Positions 9,737 through 19,494 of a DNA stretch of 64,000 bases are shown in pieces. The number at the start of each line of letters is the position of its first letter. The first letter of the stretch is position 1. The DNA is taken from positions 2,976,001 to 3,040,000 of the forward strand of contig OY762721.1 in NCBI GenBank assembly GCA_963666345.1. The letters run 5' to 3'. The DNA comes from Desulfatiglandales bacterium. GTDB taxonomy: Bacteria > Desulfobacterota > DSM-4660 > Desulfatiglandales > Desulfatiglandaceae. Below the pieces are notes generated by a model. The model searched no databases. It was given only the letters and a program-made list of their open reading frames with translations, and was not told the origin of the DNA. The translations under genes and the position numbers were made by a program.

Positions 9737-10378
9737 TTAGCCGGAAGCTTGAATCATCTCTTCGAGTTTATCTAGCATACGGTTAAGTTTCTCCTTTATC
9801 CCTTCCAGGGTCGATGTAGTCAGTTGGTTACTACAATTGCTATCATTTTCAATGTCATCGAATCTTTGCTTTAAGCTATTCACAGCGTTTTCTAAAAGCG
9901 TACTAGGATCTTTTTTCCTGCCTTCCTGCTTTTTCTTCTGAAGAGACTCGATAAGGCTTGTAATCTTATCCTTGAGGATAGGGATCTTATCCTGATCCTT
10001 ATCTGTTAAGTTGCAATCAATTTTCCGTTGTTGAAGCACATCAACTAAAGGCTTATCTCCGAGTAGGGATACCAACTGCAATAGTTTGCGCTGGCTGATA
10101 AAGGCAAGACCCGGAGCGCTCTCGATATCTACCTTTTCTGCAAGTATCATAGCCCTCTGCGCCCTCCTTATGCTCAAAGATGATATTTCTTTTTTCAAAT
10201 ATTTTTGCCATTGCTTATTATCCTTCTTCTTGACTACTTCTTTTAAGCGAATCAGTTGTTTTCCTAACTTGATAAATCTCTTAACTGTATTGCCTTCAGA
10301 CTTATGCAGTTTTTGATTTGCCTTTGCCACTTTAGCTAGTTCTTGATCCTTTGTGGAATTTTTTATATCCGTCAACAT
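9737..10378 (-). CDS. Hypothetical element protein, weak DUF3102-like (phage/satellite) resemblance
   Basis: IKLGKQLIRLK...QWQKYL...SIRRAQRAM pattern; AAGGAG RBS; same strand as the primase. Confidence 0.5.
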   Translation of the reverse strand: MLTDIKNSTKDQELAKVAKANQKLHKSEGNTVKRFIKLGKQLIRLKEVVKKKDNKQWQKYLKKEISSLSIRRAQRAMILAEKVDIESAPGLAFISQRKLLQLVSLLGDKPLVDVLQQRKIDCNLTDKDQDKIPILKDKITSLIESLQKKKQEGRKKDPSTLLENAVNSLKQRFDDIENDSNCSNQLTTSTLEGIKEKLNRMLDKLEEMIQASG

Positions 10379-10538
10379 AGTTAAATTCTCCTTTTATTTT
10401 TTAAGTTAACGTTCATATTTGATACCCTTGACGATGCTTTGGTTTCAGACCATGGTGACCACCTCCTTTCCGCGTTTATAGGTGAAATAAAAAAGGCCGC
10501 TTGCTCTTATGCGAGCAGCGACCATGGTGGCGAAAATA

Positions 10539-10569
10539 AAAAGGGACCTTATTAGCGGGTCCCTTTTTT
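10539..10569. terminator. Bidirectional intrinsic terminator-like hairpin
   Basis: AAAAGGGACC-loop-GGTCCCTTTTTT. Confidence 0.6.
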
Positions 10570-10761
10570 ATCCATTTTTAATTCTACGCTGTTAATGCGA
10601 GTAGTCAGGTAATGTTTGTCAAAATCTTGACAATGACATATAACTTATTGATTTTACATACCAGCCTGCTGGTTCAAATCCAGTGTTCCTATGTGCAGAT
10701 AATGTGCAGCCCTAAAACACTTTGAGTAACTATTTGATTTGGTTAAGATATGGTGGCAAAA

Positions 10762-10789
10762 GCGGGTTCAAGTCCCGCCTTCGGCACCA
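10762..10789 (+). mobile_element. Attachment site (attR-like): duplicated 3' end of a tRNA, probably tRNA-Leu
   Basis: GCGGGTTCAAGTCCCGCCTTCGGCACCA is a T-arm, acceptor 3' strand and CCA with no 5' half upstream. It is preceded by IHF-site-like TAACTATTTGATT and followed by a terminator. Confidence 0.85.
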
Positions 10790-10800
10790 TTAACATATGT

Positions 10801-10828
10801 AACCCACTGGAAACGGTGGGTTTTTTTA
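10801..10828 (+). terminator. Intrinsic terminator after the tRNA 3' fragment
   Basis: AACCCACTG-GAAA-CGGTGGG followed by a T-run. Confidence 0.8.
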
Positions 10829-11105
10829 TGCCCATCCAATCGAATCCTTTCCCTAAACCCCAAGGCTTATCTGGTAGTGTGAAGCATCTTTCGCTCATTT
10901 TTTTTAAGGTCTGTAATCGGTATGGGCCTAACCATAAGACTCGATTCTCAGCCTGATGCCTTGACATCAGAAATGGTGAAGATCTAAAATATTTATAGAT
11001 AAAATATGAAGATTGTGGCGAGGGAACCGGCCCGATGACCGTCAAGCCGGCCTCTCCCTTTTGAGAGATCTTTTTGTTGATAGACAAGATGTCGGGAGGT
11101 ATCAG

Positions 11106-11495
11106 ATGTACCCAAAGCTGAGACTTGTCTATAAGGAGTCAAAAGGCATTGAATGCTGCCTGGAGGCTGTTGTTGTCAAGACTGAATCTTTAAAAATCAA
11201 ATATCCTGGAGGGTTGAGGCATTTTACCGAAAAGTGCATAGCTCAATGTAATCGGGATATAGCTGTAATATGCGCGATTGACGATGATGAAATTGTGGTA
11301 TGTATTGAAGAGCTGCTGGAACATGGTCTTTTACCCAAAAAGGACTTTATTCGTCTGGATGCTTTTTCCGAGGTGTTACTTTCTGAAAGGAAAAAGGGTC
11401 AACAGGCAGTTGGCATCTGTGGGCCTGAGTTGGGAGTTGATTGGTTAAAAGGATCAATCCACGGGCATTCGGTTCTGCTTGAATATCAGAGGTAA
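11106..11495 (+). CDS. Hypothetical protein
   Basis: ORF with GGGAGG RBS before ATG 11106; no motif recognised. Confidence 0.55.
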   Translation: MYPKLRLVYKESKGIECCLEAVVVKTESLKIKYPGGLRHFTEKCIAQCNRDIAVICAIDDDEIVVCIEELLEHGLLPKKDFIRLDAFSEVLLSERKKGQQAVGICGPELGVDWLKGSIHGHSVLLEYQR

Positions 11496-11743
11496 TACAG
11501 GCCGGCAGCTTTTTAAAACCTTCCGGTTTCCGCATAATCCCCAAAAAAGAGTTCGCAAATAAATCATTAAGACACACGGTATGACCCCTGTGAGCATGCG
11601 GCCCAACAGGGCAGCCATGAGGCCAAAATGACAAACGGCCGGCCGAGTTCTGTCTCCTTTTTATGCCGGATATCTTCACGCATCCGGAACTTGTCTCCTA
11701 CGTTTGGCTGTAAATCGCATTTCCCAATATATTCAATCGCCGA

Positions 11744-14700
11744 TCAACAGCCATCCATCTTCCGGTCCAGCACATTACGAACTATATCAGCCAGATCCTT
11801 GAAAACCAAAGGTTTCATGGCAAAGGCCTTTATCCCCTTTTCCTTTGCCTTTTGTTCATCCATGCGCTCACTATAACCTGTACAAATAATGACGGGTAAA
11901 TCAGGACGAATCCTCATAAGTTCTTCCGCCAGCCTGTCACCGGTCATTCGCGGCATGGTCATATCCGTGATGACAAGGTCAAATTTGTCAGGTTCTGATT
12001 TAAACAGTTCCAGGGCTTTTTCACTGTCTGTTTTACCCACAGTCTGATAGCCCAGATGTTCCAGCATCTGTTTCGTAATTTCCAAAAGGTATTCGTCATC
12101 ATCAACAAAAAGGATCCTCTCGGTTCCTGTCGGTAAATCTTCCGGTTTTTCCTCTATTTCCGGTTTCATCGACCCTTCAAATAGGGGGAACAGCACCTCA
12201 AAAACCGTGCCTTTCCCCTCCTCGCTTTCCACCTTTACGGCCCCTTTGTGTTTCTTTATGATTCCGTGCACAACCGCAAGACCCATGCCGGTTCCCTCGG
12301 CCAGGCTTGTCACGGTAAAAAAAGGGTCAAAGATGCGATCAATTATCTTCGGATCAATCCCGTGCCCTGTATCCCGTACGGTCAGTTTGACGTAATTTCC
12401 CGGGACCAGATCCTCATACCTGGCTGCTGACTTTTCATCAAGACTCGTATCTTCTAACTTCACCTCCAGCACTCCCCCATCCGCCCGCATGGCATCTTTT
12501 GCGTTGGTGCACAGATTCATGAGAACCTGATTGATCTGGGTGGGGTCTGCCACTACAGCGTCCGATTCGCATGCAAGAACCTGGCGAATCTCTATGTTCG
12601 CGGGAATGGACGCGCGTATTAATTTCAGCGTTTCACTGATGATTGGGCTTATCCGTACCGGCATCAATTGAAACACGGATTTACGGGCAAACCCCAGAAT
12701 CTGCCGCACCACGTCTTTGGCGCGTAATGATGCCGAACGGACTTGTTCCAGGCACTCTTTTGCCGGGTTCCATTCGGGCACATCCGCCATTGCCAGTTCC
12801 GCATTGCCGAGGATAACACTAAGGAAGTTATTAAACTCATGGGCAATACCGCCTGCCAAACTCCCTATGGCCTCCATCTTGTGAGCATGCTGCAGTTGTT
12901 GATATAGTTCTTTTCTTTCCGTTATGTCGATGGATGTAATAATGGCTCCACCTGAAAAAGGGGATATCCTTATGTGAAGAAATCGCTTATCGTATTTTAC
13001 CTCCGGGAACTCCTTTTGCTTACCTGAATGAATGCATTTCATCAATTCCTCAAACATATCGAGATCATGTCTCCCGGCATAATCTTTGTACATAACGTCC
13101 CCGATCTTGGGTGATCTCCCCTCGGATTTCTGTTTTGCAAAATTGTGCATCATTATTTTTGCGTCATTATCCACGACAATAGTTTCAACAGGGTTATTCT
13201 CAAACAGGGTACGATATCGTTCTTCACTCTCTTTTACCTTTTCATGAGCACGCTTGAGTGCGGATATATCGGTTACAGTTAAGATATGTCCTCCGGCCGG
13301 GTTTGATGGGTCCAGAAAGCAAACCCGCATTATGCAGTCAAAAACCGTACCATCCTTTCGAATCCATCGTGATTCCGCGTGACCGGTTCCTGATTCCTCG
13401 AGGCCGGAGTATAGCTCACGGCCCGCCCGCTCATACTCATCATCATCCGGGTAGAGGTCACCGGTGTTTTGCCCTACCAGCGAACCCTGTTCATAGCCCA
13501 GCATGCGGTACATGGTGTCGTTGGCCCAGCCCAATTCGCGGTTGATGACCAGACCGATCCCCACGGGAGAAACACGCAGGATTGCCTTTATTCTCTTCTC
13601 GCTTTCCATCAATGCATTTTCCGCATTCCGGCGGTCTGAAACTTCCTGTTTGAGTTCTTGAAGCGTACTTTTCAGGTGTTCGTTTTTGATCTCTATTTCC
13701 AGGGTTCGATCCTTCACCTCCTGCTCAAGGTTTTCGGCATATGCCTTTTCCCGGTCCCTGGCATCGCGCAGGTTATCAACCATACTATTAAATGATTGGG
13801 CAAGTGAGCCTAAGGGCCTGATGAAGTTCTTTATAGAGAGTATTGCTATAGTATTTCATCTTTTGTATGTATATCAACGTGGGTTGTAAGATTTCCTTCT
13901 TTAACATGCAAAGCCCCCTTGGAAAGCTTGCCTAAGGGCCTGATGAAGTTCTTTATAGAGAGTATTGCTATAGCAATAATCGAGATTATCAAGAATAGAA
14001 TAGTTGCCAAGGTGAATTTCGTAGCCATTGACTTAACTGTTGAATCCAGCACGTTGCGGGTTTCCTGGATAGAGCCAAGAATAACGGCCTCAGGTACTAC
14101 AGTACCTAAACGCCATCCGGTTGAAGGCAAGAAATGAGAAGAAATCATATAGGGATACCCATTCAAAACAAACCGGGAAACCTCGTATTTATTCTCAACC
14201 ATACTTTCGCCTATCTTTCTGATTTCCACATTAGAGGAGTCCAACAAACTATGTTTCAGGATAACCGTGGCATCCACCAGTTTGTCCCGGTCTATCTTGA
14301 TTTCAAACATATCCAAATATTCCGGAGGGAAGGCAATAAGCCTTCCCTGATTATCAACAAGAAAGGAAAACAGGCCGTTCATCCTGTGAGGGGAGGGTAT
14401 GTTTTCAAAAATGTCGGTCACAATGGTATCCAGGGTAATATCAACCCCGGCTCCGCCGAGGTATTGTCCGCTCTTGCTGTAAACAGGGGTGCTCGCAGTG
14501 ATCAACAATCCCTGGTCGACACTGTCTAAGTAGATATTCGACCATACGGTCTTGCGTTCAAGGTTGTTTTCCGGCTTTGTAATCACATACCAGTTCGCAT
14601 TTCTTATATCAAATTTTGTTGTCGGAGGAAGTTTATCCACACCATGAATATTGGGATAGTAACGGGCGATTCCGGGCTCGGTGACAACATAACAGGCAAT

Positions 14701-15192
14701 ACTTTCGGGGTTTTCCTCTTTAATGGTTTCGAGAAAGGGATCAAGGTGGGAAAGAGTATTGATCTGTTCAATGATTCCCTCTGACATGTAAGGAGCGCCC
14801 CAGTATAATACCATTGTTCTTTCTGAACGATCATTTGAAAAGATTCCATTATGCGGGTAGACGACGATTTTCTCGTTTGGTTTGAGAGGCGTTTTTCCGT
14901 ATAAGGTCATATTTTCCAGGAGAACAGCAGACTGTTTGGCTATCATGGCTGAAGAAGCGGCGAACTTTTTGAAAGTGTTTTCATATCGCATAGCCTGTTC
15001 ATGAGCGATACGGGCCAGAAAAGCGTTTGCATTATCCCTGATGTTTGTTTCATTCCTGGAGGCGGATAATTCTCCGAATTCCGTAATCAGTTGTTTAGCG
15101 ATATAAGCAAGAGAAACCATTGACAACACCAGCACAAGTGAAAACGTTATCAACAATTTAACCCCTATTTTCGAATACAGCCATTTATACAT
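11744..15192 (-). pseudogene. Cache-HAMP-PAS hybrid histidine kinase split by a 41-bp insertion (fragments 13846-15192 and 11744-13783)
   Basis: N-fragment has TM, dCache (WSNIYLD...GAGVDI), TM and HAMP start. C-fragment has HAMP end, PAS, HisKA (AHEFNN), HATPase and REC. Removing 13811-13851 restores KDEIGSLAQSFNSMV and a 1135-aa frame. Confidence 0.85.
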
Positions 15193-15560
15193 GTCAATTC
15201 CCTGAACAAATCAGCGATCAGTACCATGACGACCGCTTCACCATTGAACGTTTTTCCCTGAATCGGGATTTTAATTTAACTTTGTTGCTGCAAAACGGTC
15301 TTGACGACCTGATCCGATAATATCTTTTCTCCGGCCTTGATAAATTTTTGCCTGGAGTCCGTCATCTCTTTTCCGGACACCCCGAGTTTTCCCCTATGAT
15401 TTGCAAAGGGGTAGCGCCGAAATCCGAAATTTAAGCGGTTATCACAGCGGATTGGGGTTACATCGGATAATGATGAAGCCCGAAACAGGGACGTAACCAT
15501 ATCCTTTATCCGAACGGCCGGCACAATACCTATGAGCGGCCGATGGATACGCCTTTGATT

Positions 15561-16607
15561 TTACTGTTCCGGTATCTTGTAACCTTTATGATGAAAAAGT
15601 TTCATGCAGCTCTCGACCACTTCCGGGTCATAGAAGCTGCCCTTATTTTTTGAGATCTCTTCAAGCGCGACTTGAATTCCCAGCGCCGGCCGGTAAGGCC
15701 GGTGAGAAGCCATGGCCTCTACCACGTCCGCGACAGCTATGATCCTTGATTCCATCAGGATATCATCTCCTGATAAACCATTAGGATAGCCTGAACCATC
15801 CATTTTCTCATGATGTTGAAGAACAATCTGAGCGATCGGCCAGGGGAATGTCATATCTTTCAATATTTCATGTCCTGCCATGGGATGGGTCTTGATCAGA
15901 CTAAATTCAAGATCCGTCAGCCGAGTGGGTTTGGTTAGAATCTCAGAGGGAATAGATATCTTGCCCAGATCATGGATCATCCCTGCCATATGGATGCCCT
16001 CAACAATTTCATTTGCAAGGGACATCTCTATGGCTATGGCCCTGGCAAGTGCGGCCACACGCATCTGGTGTCCTGCCGTATAAGGGTCTCTGGTTTCAGC
16101 AGTCATTGCCAGGGCGCGTACAATCTCGTCCATTGCAGACTTGAACGCTTTAGTACGTTCCAGGACCTTACTTTCAAGTTCTTCACGGCGAGTCCGATTC
16201 TCGACTTCCAATTTTCTTCGACGCAGTGCGTTCGAAATGTTGATTAGCAGCTCAGCAGGTTTAAATGGTTTTATGATATAACCGTAGGCTCCCACTTCCA
16301 TGGCGATTTCCGCAAGCTCCGGATCATCCATGCCCGTGACCATGATGACGGCTGTTTCGGGAAATTCCGCAAGGACGTAACTGATAAAGTCCATGCCTGA
16401 TTCTTCCGGCATCATCATGTCGCAGAGGAGCAGATCAAAAGCAGCGCCCGCGAGAATGCCTCTTGCCTCTGCCGCACTGGCGGCCGAGGTGCATGTGTAA
16501 CCATTTGCGGATAACAGGCGGTCGATCATGCGCAGGATCGATTCGTCGTCATCCACGATCAGTATCTTTGTGCCGGTCTCATCTGTCTTTTTCATCTTTA
16601 TTTGCAT
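15561..16607 (-). CDS. Response regulator with HD-GYP domain (RpfG-like c-di-GMP phosphodiesterase)
   Basis: REC N-terminus; RDPYTAGH, HDLGK, HHEKMDGSGYP, HRPYRPA. Confidence 0.93.
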   Translation of the reverse strand: MQIKMKKTDETGTKILIVDDDESILRMIDRLLSANGYTCTSAASAAEARGILAGAAFDLLLCDMMMPEESGMDFISYVLAEFPETAVIMVTGMDDPELAEIAMEVGAYGYIIKPFKPAELLINISNALRRRKLEVENRTRREELESKVLERTKAFKSAMDEIVRALAMTAETRDPYTAGHQMRVAALARAIAIEMSLANEIVEGIHMAGMIHDLGKISIPSEILTKPTRLTDLEFSLIKTHPMAGHEILKDMTFPWPIAQIVLQHHEKMDGSGYPNGLSGDDILMESRIIAVADVVEAMASHRPYRPALGIQVALEEISKNKGSFYDPEVVESCMKLFHHKGYKIPEQ

Positions 16608-16857
16608 CTCTTTTCAATCGGAGTCTCCATTATTCCAAATATTTTTCAAAACAGGCTGTATATCTAAAGTCTTTTTTTAATTAACCTAAATTAACAATCA
16701 TATGATAAAATATTATTTATAAATATTATTTAAATGTTATGGTTTAATTAAATGCAAAAAAATATCTTAAAATCTTTAATATACAGTTAAGCAATAAATT
16801 TACAGACTGGCAGTGATTTATTCTGCTAAAAAGGGGGTATGTTTTACCGCCCGGCCC

Positions 16858-17508
16858 CTAAAGTCCGGGGTAAATCCTCTCTTGGCACTCCGGGCATATA
16901 CTATGGGTGAACTCGGCCTCTAAATGGTCTCGAATATATGCCTCTATTCGATTCCAGTATCCACTGTCATCCCGGATTTTCTTGCAGGACGAGCAGAAGG
17001 GAAGAAGACCGCTCAATATTTTTACCTTTGAGATTGCCTGCTGAAGCTTTTCTTTCTCTTCTTTTATATGATCCACAAGATCCAGGATAATAAAGGTCAC
17101 GATAAGTGATGCCAAAAGGGCTGCCAGGGCACCTGAAACGGCATGGCCGTTCTCCCACACCCATTTTTTTACACCCCCGGCGGTAATTATCCGGTAGATT
17201 ATTTCAAAATGGTCCCCCTCCGCAACCTTTGCCTGTATTCTGCTCCATACACGGTCCCTGTCATCAGGATGAATCATGTCTCCAAAAGAAAGGCGCCTGT
17301 TTTTTATAAGATCCTTTGGCCTGTACCCGCTCAGGGCGTAGATATTGTCACTGATGAATTCCATGGACCATGAGGCGTCATTGAGGCATCTGTAGACGAC
17401 TCCGGGCAGGTCGCTGATCAGCCTGACAATACTCTGACCCGCTCCATTTGATGATACAACTTGTGCCGCATCTTTGACTCCCGGTTCCCTGTTTTGCGTT
17501 AAGACCAA
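16858..17508 (-). CDS. PAS domain fused to hydrophobic segment and Cys-rich C-terminal domain; possibly a deletion chimera
   Basis: LPGVVYRC...IHPDD...WVWENG PAS, then an abrupt hydrophobic stretch, then LPFCSSCKKIRDDSGYW...CPEC. Start uncertain. Confidence 0.6.
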   Translation of the reverse strand: MVLTQNREPGVKDAAQVVSSNGAGQSIVRLISDLPGVVYRCLNDASWSMEFISDNIYALSGYRPKDLIKNRRLSFGDMIHPDDRDRVWSRIQAKVAEGDHFEIIYRIITAGGVKKWVWENGHAVSGALAALLASLIVTFIILDLVDHIKEEKEKLQQAISKVKILSGLLPFCSSCKKIRDDSGYWNRIEAYIRDHLEAEFTHSICPECQERIYPGL

Positions 17509-17793
17509 TCAGTAATTGCCATGCCGATTAAACCGGTTCATGAAGTAGTGTGAGCCTTTTGAGGAAAGGTCGAACAGTAGAGGACAGATAATCCTTTGAT
17601 TACCCATTAGGCCCTATTATTTGAAAGGTGATATTATATCATATCAGGCCCAAGTTCAGATACAGCAGTTCCTTATGTTGAAATGGCTTAAGGATAATCC
17701 ATAACTCATTAAAAAACAACGATATTTTAATGGCATGGAAAAAATCGTGCTGATTTTTATCAGTTTAAGTTGCAAGGAGGGGAGGGTGTTGAT

Positions 17794-19431
17794 TCAGATC
17801 GGTTCATAAAGGCTGTGGATTCTGCCACCCCTTTTTTCAAAATATATGTTTCCGAGGCAGGCCTTGTCATCCGTGTCAGGGTGATCTGATCTATAATGCG
17901 CGCCCCGGCTTTCACGTCTTCTATCCGCCCCTTCCGTTATCAGTATCGAGACGGTGACCATGTTTTTAAGTTCATAAAAGGAGGCAAGATCCTGAATATT
18001 TTCAATAGCCGCCTGAGAAAGATTCAGTTTTATCGCCTCAAGCTCTGAACGGGCGGTTTTAATGGAATCACCGCTTCTTACTATTGCCAGGTTGTTCCAC
18101 GTCAGTTCCCTGACGCACCTTTTCAGTTCACCAACAGAGAGGGCGCCGGAACGGAAGGGTTCAATCTCAAAGCGGGGGGATGAGGGAATAATTGTTTTTC
18201 CAGCGGAGCTGTCGGCTGCGGCCTTGCCCGCGGTTACCCCTGAGGCCACTGTCTCGGAAAGGGCCGTGCCCCCCAGCCTGTTGGCCCCGTGCAGTCCCCC
18301 GACCGCCTCCCCGCACGCAAGGAGACCGGGCACGGTTGTCTCTCCTTTTGAATTTACCGCTACCCCTCCCATGAAAAAGTGTGTGGCCGGAGAAACGGGG
18401 ATGAGATTTTTCAAAGGGTCGATTCCGACGCTTTTAAGCCTTTTGCACAGATCCGGGAATTTGTTGTCAAGGACCTCCCTGCCTATTTCTCTGCAATCCA
18501 CGAATATACGACCGTCTTTTCCGCGGCCTTCCCTGATTTCGCTGTATGCCGCACGGCTCATGATGTCTCTTGTAGCCAGGTTTCCCGATGTGTCATACCT
18601 GTGCATGAATTGTTCGCCGTCGGCGTTTAAAAGGGCCGCCCCTTCGGTGAAAAGGGCACTTGATATGGTTAATCTGGCCGGCTCGGACATCATGGCGGGA
18701 TAAAACTGCACGAATTCCATGTCCCTTATCCCGGCACCTGCGTCCCAGGCAAGGCCGTAAGAGTCTCCGGTGATATCACGGGTATTGTCCGATCTCAGAA
18801 AAATCCTGCCGCCTCCACCTGCGGCAAGGATTACGGATCTGCATGTAATCAGGAGAACACTTTCGTCCTTTTTGTTGATAGCGGCGGCACCGCAGACCTT
18901 TCCGTCGTCCACAAGAAGGCCTATGACAGGAGAAAAATCTATTGTCCTTACCCCGGTTTCCCTTGCCTTTTTAAGCAGAGGCGCCGTAATGGAAAGCCCC
19001 CTTGTAAGGTAGGGGTAGCCGCTGACGTCGGTGGGATATGTCCTGCCTACCGAATGTCCTCCTATCCTTTTTATCAGGTATGTGTCATCTGTTTTAGTGA
19101 AAGGGACACCAAGGCCGGAAAGTTTTTCAAGCACCCAGGCTGAGTCTTCCACAAACCGCTCCACCTGCCTTGGGTCATTAACCTCTTTGCCTGATTTCAT
19201 GATGTCTTTAAAGAAAAGTGCACGCGAATCGGTCCGGTTGTGTCTTGTGGAGAGAAGGGACAGGTATGCCCCTGATATGATGGAATTTCCGCTGTACCCG
19301 TTTTTGCTTTTAGAAAGGATGGTTACGGCCGCGCCTTTTGATCGCGCCTCTATAGCCGCTGCGAGCCCTGCGGCTCCGCCTCCTATCACAAGTACATCGG
19401 TGGTCAGCGTCTGTGCTGTTAATGAAGACAT
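17794..19431 (-). CDS. FAD-dependent oxidoreductase, SdhA/FrdA/NadB superfamily
   Basis: DVLVIGGGAAG, DMEFVQFYP, THFFMGG, GLHGANRLGG, ESRGAHYRSD. Confidence 0.9.
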   Translation of the reverse strand: MSSLTAQTLTTDVLVIGGGAAGLAAAIEARSKGAAVTILSKSKNGYSGNSIISGAYLSLLSTRHNRTDSRALFFKDIMKSGKEVNDPRQVERFVEDSAWVLEKLSGLGVPFTKTDDTYLIKRIGGHSVGRTYPTDVSGYPYLTRGLSITAPLLKKARETGVRTIDFSPVIGLLVDDGKVCGAAAINKKDESVLLITCRSVILAAGGGGRIFLRSDNTRDITGDSYGLAWDAGAGIRDMEFVQFYPAMMSEPARLTISSALFTEGAALLNADGEQFMHRYDTSGNLATRDIMSRAAYSEIREGRGKDGRIFVDCREIGREVLDNKFPDLCKRLKSVGIDPLKNLIPVSPATHFFMGGVAVNSKGETTVPGLLACGEAVGGLHGANRLGGTALSETVASGVTAGKAAADSSAGKTIIPSSPRFEIEPFRSGALSVGELKRCVRELTWNNLAIVRSGDSIKTARSELEAIKLNLSQAAIENIQDLASFYELKNMVTVSILITEGADRRRESRGAHYRSDHPDTDDKACLGNIYFEKRGGRIHSLYEPI

Positions 19432-19494
19432 TTTCTGCGTAAATTCCAGGGTTTGCTGAGAAACGGTTTCAATAAATGAAGGAAGAATTCAATT

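Larger units (their letters stand above)
1..10789. mobile_element. Right portion of a tRNA-integrated genomic island / satellite-like element; left end and integrase not in window
   Basis: att fragment, primase with ori-like repeat, extra HU and IHF, visibly AT-richer 6.6-10.7 kb. Extension to base 1 is inferred because no intact cognate tRNA is seen in 1-10760. Confidence 0.65.

Noticed and set aside
10762..10789. Intact tRNA gene
   Set aside because: Only the T-arm and acceptor 3' strand are present; no D-arm or anticodon arm upstream.
10743..11087. ORFs 10743-11087 (-) and 10750-10956 (+)
   Set aside because: Shadow translations of the tRNA fragment (MVPKAGLEPA) and terminator.
13808..13973. 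DGR template/variable repeat pair or CRISPR repeat
   Set aside because: The copies are identical with no adenine-specific differences, there are only two, and no reverse transcriptase or cas gene is nearby.
15200..15555. 82-aa ORF or gene remnant between kinase and HD-GYP genes
   Set aside because: No recognisable motif or RBS; cannot be supported.
18062..19459. Long antisense ORFs opposite the flavoprotein (and similar ones opposite arsP, rpsA, amrB)
   Set aside because: Antisense shadows of well-supported genes, with no motifs of their own.
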